DNA of 64,000 bases from a phage. Below the pieces are notes generated by a model. The model worked only from the letters and a program-made list of their open reading frames with translations, ran no database searches and was not told where the DNA came from. Location of the stretch: NCBI GenBank assembly GCA_018865545.1, contig GCA_018865545.1_3633.1; one strand, written 5' to 3'. This document shows, piece after piece, positions 56,066 through 64,000 of this stretch. A program made the position numbers and the translations under genes. The stretch's first letter is position 1. Each line of letters begins with the position of its first letter.

Positions 56066-57676
56066 TTAACTTGTGTAACTATATTGAACAACATAGTTAA
56101 ATTCATGTGAGGCTTCATCAGCACCTGCTTCGGGTATTACTCCAGCTAACCCAGAATTACCAGCCCCACGAAGAAGTTTCTTGATTTCCTTTGTCTCAGG
56201 GTCGATGGTATGCGTGGGAACTGTTGGTAGAATAAGCCATACAGCCACTGTAGGTTTCTCTGATCCGACAACCTTGGGGTATTCTGCATAGATATCGTAA
56301 TCAAGATATGTACCATCTTCCATACAAGGTAGTTCTCTCAAGCGAACATCTGTAATAACATTTGTGCTGCCAGCAGGCGCGCTATACAGGGTGACTGTTG
56401 TTTTCAAATATATAGAAGACCCAGACCTCCCTACCGCTTTATCAGCCGAAGGTGTATCTCTATAATTGAAAGAAAAATTCCCAGATGTTGCTGACAACCT
56501 CATAGACGGCTGAGGGGAAAATGGGATATTAAAGCTCGCTTGTTGACTTGAATCATCTGTCATTGTAAAAGTTAGTGTAACCTGTTGTGCGTTATCAACT
56601 TCTTTCACAACAGCATTAACAGATTTTATTGTTTGACCATCAGGTGCTTTTGGTATTCCCAAATTTAAGACCTGTGATGGTGATTGACCAGTTATTTCAA
56701 TAGTAGGTTGTGATCCACTATCTAAAACAGTAACTGTGCCAGCAGACAGTGTGTAAGCATTATCAGAGATCTGCTTTTTAACAAATTCTACGTTGGCAAT
56801 CTGGGTTCCTATTGCTGAGTCACTTGGTGTCGGGCTTTGTGGTGTACCAGTGAACACAGGGCCATCAAGATCTGCCTTAAGGGAGATAAGACGTTTTAGT
56901 CCTTCAACATCAACCTTCAGGTTTTCCCATCCGATGAGATAACCACTACCAGTTGTATGATAACGGTTGTACCAAAAATCCCCGTTAACACCGAAAAAGA
57001 ATATCCCTTTCTCTTCGTATTGTGGACCAGAACTGTTCCGTGATGTACTAATATATTTTATTTCGATAAGTCCGTTGAATACCACTCCTGGAATTATTTT
57101 ATCTTCCCCTGCCAATTGTGATACTTGGTAAACCCCTGGTGTTGCTGCTCTAACCCATGTTAAGAACTCTGATGTTCCAGAGTTGCCACTAAAATTTTTT
57201 GTACTAGTGAGTATTGCTCCAAAACCAAACGCACCAGGTATAGCGGCAACACCTTCTGTACGATCATAAAGCCATTCTTGTACTTTAGTAGGTGCAACAT
57301 ACAACCCCTCTTCACCTTCAGAAGTTAGATTTGTTAAAGTATTTCCTTCTTTAGGAGATATAGGGATATTTATTTCGGGCGCTGTTACATATAATGCCCC
57401 TTGTTTCAACTCCAACAGGTTATTTGCAGCAGGGCTAACCTTAACAGCTAACCCATTATCTCCAGCTTGGAGAGCATTATTTTCATCTTCTGCCACCACA
57501 ACAACACCTTTAAGTGGTGTTGCTTTTTCACCATTACCTGAAAGTTTTATGGTCGCGGTGTCTTCTGTGTATAATTTAAAAGATTGGCTTGGGAGTCCTG
57601 ATCCTCCAATACTATGCCCATCTGGAAGTATGACTTCAGCATTGACAACTTTATCCTTATAATCCATAACTACCAC
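56066..57676 (-). CDS. tail fibre protein
   Basis: PVFTGTPQSPTPSDSAIGTQIANVEFV collar motif; C-terminal PGAFGFGA block shared with 58239..59489. Confidence 0.5.
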   Translation of the reverse strand: MVVMDYKDKVVNAEVILPDGHSIGGSGLPSQSFKLYTEDTATIKLSGNGEKATPLKGVVVVAEDENNALQAGDNGLAVKVSPAANNLLELKQGALYVTAPEINIPISPKEGNTLTNLTSEGEEGLYVAPTKVQEWLYDRTEGVAAIPGAFGFGAILTSTKNFSGNSGTSEFLTWVRAATPGVYQVSQLAGEDKIIPGVVFNGLIEIKYISTSRNSSGPQYEEKGIFFFGVNGDFWYNRYHTTGSGYLIGWENLKVDVEGLKRLISLKADLDGPVFTGTPQSPTPSDSAIGTQIANVEFVKKQISDNAYTLSAGTVTVLDSGSQPTIEITGQSPSQVLNLGIPKAPDGQTIKSVNAVVKEVDNAQQVTLTFTMTDDSSQQASFNIPFSPQPSMRLSATSGNFSFNYRDTPSADKAVGRSGSSIYLKTTVTLYSAPAGSTNVITDVRLRELPCMEDGTYLDYDIYAEYPKVVGSEKPTVAVWLILPTVPTHTIDPETKEIKKLLRGAGNSGLAGVIPEAGADEASHEFNYVVQYSYTS

Positions 57677-58242
57677 CCAATTTTTATCCTTTGTAATTCC
57701 TCAACCGTAGAGGCTGAAAGCACTTGATCTTTCATTTCTCGTTGCTTGATGTATATTGAATCATTCTTAGTTGCCAACTCGGAAGACATAGCCACAACAA
57801 GATTTTCAAATTCAGAGTTACTCATCTCTACAGGTTTGTTATCAACATCTCTCCAAACCACAGCTTGTCTAGCCGAGGATGCTTTTTGTGCTAATAATAC
57901 TGGATAAATACGACCAAGGGTTGCATTATTGACATCATACCTTGCACCATTATAAGAAACAATAGCTGTAGAGCTTTCTTCCAGTTTTCTCCACTCTTTT
58001 ATTTCTGATAACATCTGTTGCTTTAATGCCTCGATAAATTGAGGGTTTACTACATACGGGGCAATCTCCCCAAAATTACCAGATTGTAAGGAATCCCAAA
58101 CTGCCTTTCCTGTTTCGCTACAGTCGTTGCTGGAAGCGGTGTATGGGAGATAATCAGAGAAACCCTCAAAAAGGACGAGGCAATCAACGTCACCATTAAG
58201 AAGATACTGTGGAGACTTGATAGCTTTAATATCTAGCATCAT
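57670..58242 (-). CDS. tail fibre assembly/accessory protein
   Basis: 190 aa between two fibre genes. Confidence 0.3.
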   Translation of the reverse strand: MMLDIKAIKSPQYLLNGDVDCLVLFEGFSDYLPYTASSNDCSETGKAVWDSLQSGNFGEIAPYVVNPQFIEALKQQMLSEIKEWRKLEESSTAIVSYNGARYDVNNATLGRIYPVLLAQKASSARQAVVWRDVDNKPVEMSNSEFENLVVAMSSELATKNDSIYIKQREMKDQVLSASTVEELQRIKIGW

Positions 58243-59489
58243 GCAATCCTCATAAAAAGGCCAATATAACCTGTATCAGTACCATTTCTATTGCTTGGTG
58301 AACCGGATAAGGCTATAAACGTACCTCTCTGTGTTTCAGTACTGTGTGTAACAGAAACTGGTGTACTTTGATATGCACCTGTTGCGGAAACATTGCTATA
58401 AAGCGTTATACACCCTATGCGGGAACCTGGGATAGTCTGACCACGAACAAGTTTTCTGTTTGAATCACTATCCGACTCGCCAAGATACACTCCTAACATT
58501 ATTCCTCCAACATCAGGACTCCCCCAAGAATTGCCTACCGTAGACTGCAAAGAAGAGAATTGCCCTTTTATATTCACCCAGTCACCATTGGCAAAAATAG
58601 TCAGTAAGCGATAAAGGTACAACTCCCCATTTATGCCATAAAAATAGGCATGTTTACTATTTTTTGCTGCCTGCTCTGCATTCTCTGCTGGATATGGTGA
58701 CAATACCTCAACCATACCTCTAAAAGTGATCCCTTCAATAATACGTGTACCACCTGAAGGTAAATCTTGGCGAACAAGGTAACGACCAGGTTGTGCACTT
58801 CTCAACCAAGAAACCCATTCCTCTGGCCCATTCTTCTCTTGAAAAACAACTTCTTTCTCGGCAGGGATAAACGCCCCAAAACCAAATGCCCCTGGTAAAG
58901 ATACTACCCCATCGGTGGCATCATAGATATCGTTTTGTACATCTTTTGTAGCGGCGGTTTTTATCCCCAGATAATCAAGAACCCCAGTTTTTGAGTCTTG
59001 CCCTATAATAACTCGACCAACAGCGGAGAGATTTGCCAAAGCCATTACGTTTTTGTCACTGAAATAAGCTAGTTTATTTCCAGCAGTAATCAATCCTGAC
59101 AAAGATGTCAGTATTTCACTCAATGGTTGTTTACCCGCAAGCGCGTTAGTCATGGTGGTCGCAAAGTTAGGGTCATCACCTAATGCCTTCGCCAATTCAT
59201 TGAGAGTATCTAATGTTTCAGGCGCTGAGTCAGCCAATTTTGCAATTAAACCCCTCACATATTCTACATTAGCTATTTCCTTTCCAATAGCATCATCCAA
59301 CGGTGTTGGTGCTTGAGGGTTCCCTGTAAATGAAGGGCTTTCTATTGGGGCTTTAGATGCAATAAGATCTGTTATATCTTCTGGAATATTCCCGCCACCC
59401 AGTTCATCAAAATTTATTTTCTTTCCTGTCTTCTGGTCAACCAATGCACGACCATAAATTAAACCACCAACACCTGTTGTTGCTGTCAT
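58239..59489 (-). CDS. tail fibre protein
   Basis: PSFTGNPQAPTPLDDAIGKEIANVEYV motif; PGAFGFGA block. Confidence 0.5.
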   Translation of the reverse strand: MTATTGVGGLIYGRALVDQKTGKKINFDELGGGNIPEDITDLIASKAPIESPSFTGNPQAPTPLDDAIGKEIANVEYVRGLIAKLADSAPETLDTLNELAKALGDDPNFATTMTNALAGKQPLSEILTSLSGLITAGNKLAYFSDKNVMALANLSAVGRVIIGQDSKTGVLDYLGIKTAATKDVQNDIYDATDGVVSLPGAFGFGAFIPAEKEVVFQEKNGPEEWVSWLRSAQPGRYLVRQDLPSGGTRIIEGITFRGMVEVLSPYPAENAEQAAKNSKHAYFYGINGELYLYRLLTIFANGDWVNIKGQFSSLQSTVGNSWGSPDVGGIMLGVYLGESDSDSNRKLVRGQTIPGSRIGCITLYSNVSATGAYQSTPVSVTHSTETQRGTFIALSGSPSNRNGTDTGYIGLFMRIA

Positions 59490-59516
59490 TGCTTAACTCC
59501 TTGAAAAAAAAACATT

Positions 59517-60026
59517 TTAAAATGCTTCTAATTCAGATTTAAGATCAGCAATCATCTTTTCAAAGGATTTGTTCTTAGTCAGTGTAACACCTTTAGAAAG
59601 TGCAAACTCAACTAATCTATCTTTACTACCTTTTTTATCAGCTTCATCATTCAGAGACATTGCTTCCTCTAAAATCAGGTCAATAGATAGATTTTCTTTA
59701 TCATCCTTTTTATCTTGCACTTCTACAATCTTGGCATCAACTACCTTACCCATACTATTTGGGCTAGGGATATCTTTGTTGAAGAACACGATATAAGATC
59801 CCATACGAATAGTAGAGTGCTGTGCATCAACATCAAGACCAGACATCTCAGCAAGAGCAGTGAAAAACTCAACAGTGTTTCTGAATGCTTTGTGTTGTGT
59901 TCCCACACATAAACCATTCAAAGGCAGTCTTGCAGATACCGCTGCATTCAATTGTGGTGCATATGCTCCGAAAAACTTAAACAGTTCCACTTTATTAGGG
60001 AAAATACGATAATTTTGATTTGCCAT
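59517..60026 (-). CDS. hypothetical virion protein
   Basis: 169-aa ORF downstream of capsid gene and terminator. Confidence 0.35.
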   Translation of the reverse strand: MANQNYRIFPNKVELFKFFGAYAPQLNAAVSARLPLNGLCVGTQHKAFRNTVEFFTALAEMSGLDVDAQHSTIRMGSYIVFFNKDIPSPNSMGKVVDAKIVEVQDKKDDKENLSIDLILEEAMSLNDEADKKGSKDRLVEFALSKGVTLTKNKSFEKMIADLKSELEAF

Positions 60027-60100
60027 AAAATCTCCTTTTATTCCTTAGTAAAAACCACTTGACAACACAGGATAAGTGGCTATTATTAAGGTCAGAATGT

Positions 60101-60132
60101 GAAAAAAGGGGAGGTGATAATTCACCTCCCCT
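60101..60132 (-). terminator. rho-independent terminator
   Basis: 10-bp stem GGGGAGGTGA/TCACCTCCCC with TAAT loop, then UUUUUU on minus strand. Confidence 0.6.
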
Positions 60133-60157
60133 CATTAGAGGTAGCATTTAAGCTATC

Positions 60158-61171
60158 TTATGCGAAAGTACCAGTAGAACGCACAACCAGTTCAGGACGG
60201 GTGTTAACCGTCAAGAAGGAAGTTTCAGATTCAACTTTCTCTTCACGCAGATATGCAGAAGATTTGTACCACAGATACAGTTCTTCAGCTACAGTGTTTG
60301 CTTCACGAACATCATCTGCCGGAGCATAGTGGATCTGGAACATATCATCAATACCTTGCGGCAGGATGTATGCTTCACCATCTGGGATATATCCAGAGAT
60401 GTCTTCAATGTAGGTTACGTTCTTATGAACAAACATACGGTTGTTGGCATTCTCAGAACCCATACCCAGACGACGACGCAGCGGCTCTTGGGTAGAAGAA
60501 TAATACTGGTATGCATTCATGATCAGCGGATGGGCGATCAGAGCAGAGAACCATTTACGAGAAGCCAGAACAATGATATTGTAGTTATTGCCGTTATCAC
60601 CTGCATTGTCGATGATGTATGCACGAGCGTCTTTCTCAATCAGATCAGACGGGTCAACAGCGACATCTGTGAAGTCGATATTGGCAGTATGCTGGGTAAC
60701 TCCCCACTCAGTAAAGTAGTTGTACTGTGCGGTCGGATCTTGTGGAGACCATGATTTACCCATGATTGCCTGAACCATTGCTTTTTCTTTCAGTTGTTCA
60801 TGAGAAACGCGAATACGCTTAACTACGCGAGCAACTACGTCTTCAACAGTTCTCGGAGCGTCCGTAGTGAAATATTTACGGAAGTTCTGAACATCTGCCG
60901 CAGTGATCTGACGATCCAGAGGGAAGAACGGAATGTTGAAGTTCTTGATTTGAGCTTTTTCACTACCCACATAGTTACGTTCTCCACCACGACGACGTGC
61001 AGGAATATCCGCAACAATTTCGTCAACACGCTCAACACGAGCAATTGTGGTTTCACCATGGTAAGCGGTGAACAGATCCATGTTGGTAATCAGGCGATAC
61101 TGACGTGGAACAAGTTCCAGTGCTGCGCCAAGGTTTACGATTTGAAAGTCGTTAGTCTGTACTGCTGCCAT
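60158..61171 (-). CDS. major capsid protein
   Basis: 337 aa; follows scaffold-like and decoration-like genes and precedes a strong terminator. Confidence 0.5.
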   Translation of the reverse strand: MAAVQTNDFQIVNLGAALELVPRQYRLITNMDLFTAYHGETTIARVERVDEIVADIPARRRGGERNYVGSEKAQIKNFNIPFFPLDRQITAADVQNFRKYFTTDAPRTVEDVVARVVKRIRVSHEQLKEKAMVQAIMGKSWSPQDPTAQYNYFTEWGVTQHTANIDFTDVAVDPSDLIEKDARAYIIDNAGDNGNNYNIIVLASRKWFSALIAHPLIMNAYQYYSSTQEPLRRRLGMGSENANNRMFVHKNVTYIEDISGYIPDGEAYILPQGIDDMFQIHYAPADDVREANTVAEELYLWYKSSAYLREEKVESETSFLTVNTRPELVVRSTGTFA

Positions 61172-61194
61172 TTATAAATTCTCCTTGATGCAAA

Positions 61195-61617
61195 TTAGCT
61201 GATAGCCGTTACTTTAATATCTTCAGAACCATCGTAATATTTATCGGTGATTTTCAGACCTCTTGCCTCAAGAGCTTTAATAGCAGTCTCGTCAATTCCA
61301 GTGGAACCGTCGGAGAACACAATCTTGGACTTATTCAGAGTAACGCCACGAACAGCAACAACAAAATTATATTTGGTTCCTACTTTGTACGGGGTAACTG
61401 GCTCGTAAGCAGGTACAAGATCATGGTCAACAAGAACACCATAAGCATCCGCACCACTTCCAGAAGCGACCAGAGTACCGTCTTCTTTAACAATCATACC
61501 TGCTTTCATACCTGCTGCGTACTGAATCTCCATTTCCTTGAAGCTATAGCCTTGGTCAGAAGAATCAACTTTACCCAGTACAATGTCAGAGTAGAAACCT
61601 TGAATTGGATTAGCCAT
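61195..61617 (-). CDS. head decoration-like protein
   Basis: 140 aa between scaffold and capsid genes. Confidence 0.4.
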   Translation of the reverse strand: MANPIQGFYSDIVLGKVDSSDQGYSFKEMEIQYAAGMKAGMIVKEDGTLVASGSGADAYGVLVDHDLVPAYEPVTPYKVGTKYNFVVAVRGVTLNKSKIVFSDGSTGIDETAIKALEARGLKITDKYYDGSEDIKVTAIS

Positions 61618-61635
61618 TTATTTAATCTCCTCGAA

Positions 61636-62637
61636 TTACGCGTTCATTGCAGCCGCTTCGCGTGCACGGGCGCGAGCTTTTTCTACGTTGGCTTTCAGAA
61701 TATCTTCAGCAGACTTATTAATGTCGTCTGTAGCAGCTTCAGCACCGGAACCATGTTCAGCGGTAGCAAATTCTTTTTTCACAGTCTTAACTTCTTCTTC
61801 AAGCTCCTGAATACGAGCCTGTGCTTTTTCCAGAATAGCCACCACAGGAGCATTAGCTTTCTCGATAATAAAGTTAGCCAGTGCTTCATGATCAGAGTCA
61901 GCAGCGAAAGTGAAAGTTTTTGCTTTATTCAGAGCTTCTTTCTTTTCCACTTCAACGGCAGCTTTGATGATTTCATCAGCTTTAGCAGCTTTGGCTTCAG
62001 CTTCTTCTAATTTTTTAACCAGATCTAGATATTCCTGAGATTTGGTCACATCAACATTATTAGACACTGAGGTCTCCTCTTTTTTCTTGGATTTATCAAC
62101 TACAGGTTTTGAACCTGCTTCTTTGACGACCCCAGTCACCTGGAGATCTTTATCATCACCCTCTACGAAAGTGACTCCTAATTCTGCAACACCTTTTTCA
62201 AACAATTGTTGTAATTTTAGCAACTCATATTGTTTAGCGAGATCTAATTCTTTACCTTCGTGAGCAGCTTTAGCAATTGTTATTGCTTGCACGCGTTCTT
62301 CAAGAAATTCTTGATGTTGTGCATTCCACGCCACAATAAATTCATCATCAGGGTTTTGCGCCGCATCGTATTCAAGTTCAGTTTCAAAACCAAGAAGTTT
62401 TGCCAGCAGTTCTGCATCATCATGCCACATGTAGAAGAATCTACGCAGAAATTCTTCAAAGCTCATTGTAACAGTTACTTGCTGGAGGGCTTTGATAACG
62501 TCTTTAGTAAGCTGCTCAGGTTTAAGATCAGACTTCATAAGAAGTGATACTGGTCTTAAATTAGCAGAATACCCTTGAAGCTCATGACACAGTGCAATAC
62601 CCTTCTCCTTAATGGCTTTGGCCTTTACAATTGTCAT
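61636..62637 (-). CDS. capsid scaffolding protein
   Basis: Ala/Glu/Lys-rich coiled-coil; position. Confidence 0.5.
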   Translation of the reverse strand: MTIVKAKAIKEKGIALCHELQGYSANLRPVSLLMKSDLKPEQLTKDVIKALQQVTVTMSFEEFLRRFFYMWHDDAELLAKLLGFETELEYDAAQNPDDEFIVAWNAQHQEFLEERVQAITIAKAAHEGKELDLAKQYELLKLQQLFEKGVAELGVTFVEGDDKDLQVTGVVKEAGSKPVVDKSKKKEETSVSNNVDVTKSQEYLDLVKKLEEAEAKAAKADEIIKAAVEVEKKEALNKAKTFTFAADSDHEALANFIIEKANAPVVAILEKAQARIQELEEEVKTVKKEFATAEHGSGAEAATDDINKSAEDILKANVEKARARAREAAAMNA

Positions 62638-63323
62638 TCGTCCTCTTCCTCTGTTTCATCTAGATAACCCAGACATTCGATACCGAAATCAACATCTGTT
62701 ATTTCTCCTGTTGCTGTGTCCACACGCCCAGAGCACTGGATGCTTAAACCACCAACAACATTTGCTTTTTTCAAATTCCACAAATCAGGATCATTATACT
62801 TAACCTTGGCTACCCATGTTCCTGCTTTAATTATCTGTTCCGTCCCAATGACCACAACATCCAGTTCTTCTTGAATCCAAGTTTTTTCAATAGTGAATGC
62901 ATCAGTCTCGCTAAGATGGAATAAATTTTCTTTCACCAAACCAGCAGCGAGTGCCTTATCGTAAGATTCTTTTGCCTTTACTATCGTTTCAGGAGACATC
63001 CACTCTCCATGGGCATCCTTGGTGTTTGGCTCATAAATAACCTCATAAGAGATCATTTGTTCCGCATCTTTTTGGATATTAACTACAGATGTTTCTTTAT
63101 TAAGACTCTTTTTAAGATTTAGAGATAAAACTCTCTCAGAAGCCTTTTCTACAGAAATTTCTGGAGAATGGCCTGAAGCAATCAGGCCATTAGCGATATT
63201 CAGTATCTTGCTCTTTTGAACAAGAGACAGATCAGATACTGATGAAGGAAGGTCTTTAATGCTTTTAAATTTCATTATTTCCCCATTAACAGTTATTTTA
63301 ACATCGTTCTTTTTCTTTTGCAA
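62634..63323 (-). CDS. head maturation protease or head-assembly protein
   Basis: 229 aa upstream of scaffold; acidic C-terminus. Confidence 0.3.
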   Translation of the reverse strand: MQKKKNDVKITVNGEIMKFKSIKDLPSSVSDLSLVQKSKILNIANGLIASGHSPEISVEKASERVLSLNLKKSLNKETSVVNIQKDAEQMISYEVIYEPNTKDAHGEWMSPETIVKAKESYDKALAAGLVKENLFHLSETDAFTIEKTWIQEELDVVVIGTEQIIKAGTWVAKVKYNDPDLWNLKKANVVGGLSIQCSGRVDTATGEITDVDFGIECLGYLDETEEEDE

Positions 63324-63344
63324 GTTATTTCAGAAAGTTGAGTG

Positions 63345-63914
63345 TTAATTCTCTAAATTAGAAACAGAATTATCCCTCACTGTTGATATTTTTGATGTTC
63401 CGTTACCTGTTGACCCTGGAGTCATCCCATCACCAGAACGACTTACATCCTGACCAAGAATTTGCAACAACTCTTCAAGGTCCATATCTTCTGGGATTTC
63501 TTCGTCAAAACCACCAACCTCAAGAATTTTATTAATAACTGTAGGTGTCTTAGGCAAGTACCCAACAGCACCGATACGCTGAACAAATTTAGAGAAGCCT
63601 TCCATATCAACTTCTTGAATAAGCCCAGGTTTTAATCTTGGCATATCTTCGTCAGACAATCTTATATCGTTCAAAGCAAGAAGTTGAGGTATTAAGTTCT
63701 TATTGAACGCCTCAACAATAATATCAATATCTCTCTGGACAAAATGACCATGAATAGTTTGTTTTGATTCTGAAAGATTATAAGATCCTTGCCCATCGTT
63801 ACCTAAGTTAATAAACCCCGCACCAAAACGATCAAGAATAGCCTTCTTACGAGAGTTAACAAGCTCTTGTGTGCTGTATTGTTTACCTGCGCCATCGATC
63901 CCTTTAAGGGACAT
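63345..63914 (-). CDS. head morphogenesis protein (possibly 3' part of a gene running past the window)
   Basis: 189-aa ORF at the window edge. Confidence 0.3.
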   Translation of the reverse strand: MSLKGIDGAGKQYSTQELVNSRKKAILDRFGAGFINLGNDGQGSYNLSESKQTIHGHFVQRDIDIIVEAFNKNLIPQLLALNDIRLSDEDMPRLKPGLIQEVDMEGFSKFVQRIGAVGYLPKTPTVINKILEVGGFDEEIPEDMDLEELLQILGQDVSRSGDGMTPGSTGNGTSKISTVRDNSVSNLEN

Positions 63915-64000
63915 TTCATATTGTTTACCACCTTGATTATTGAGGTCAGATGGTAAGATAAAATAGGCTTGTTCCCCAGCGTGTGCGTTTGCAGCATCTG

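Noticed and set aside
63803-63997. ORF 63803..63997 at the window edge
   Set aside because: Overlaps 63345..63914 in another frame and has atypical composition; more likely part of the 3' end of a longer minus-strand head gene that runs past the window.
1-64000. CRISPR array or diversity-generating retroelement
   Set aside because: No regularly spaced direct repeats were seen, and no reverse-transcriptase-like ORF accompanies the tail-fibre genes; fibre similarity is at protein motif level only.

Overview
This window is a 64-kb segment of a tailed dsDNA phage genome, myovirus-like (sheath, tube, baseplate and several tail-fibre genes), about 40% GC overall. Layout: a short minus-strand block (34-3208), a long plus-strand early/replication block (3320-33774), and a minus-strand late structural block (33960 to the window end). 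The early block carries an alarmone-hydrolase-like HD protein, a MoxR-type AAA+ ATPase, a macro-domain protein, an Rnl2-type RNA ligase, a secreted SleB-like hydrolase, a GHKL-type ATPase, a Dda-like helicase, a primase-helicase, a family-A DNA polymerase and a Dam methylase. The most notable findings are two group I self-splicing introns, each carrying an HNH homing-endonuclease ORF: one splits the DNA polymerase inside motif B (22516-23249), the other lies in the tail tape-measure region (about 48196-49014 or longer). Other findings: a third, freestanding HNH gene flanked by 17-nt direct repeats; a -1 frameshift site in the tail chaperone gene; a high-GC lambdoid-like island with tandem paralogues; an AT-rich dam cassette; and a promoter/terminator-bounded secreted-protein gene inside the structural operon. 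No rRNA, tRNA or CRISPR array was recognised. The ORF track uses alternative start codons, so several starts were moved to internal ATG/GTG/TTG codons with ribosome-binding sites. All calls rest on motif reading by eye; no database search or RNA folding was run.
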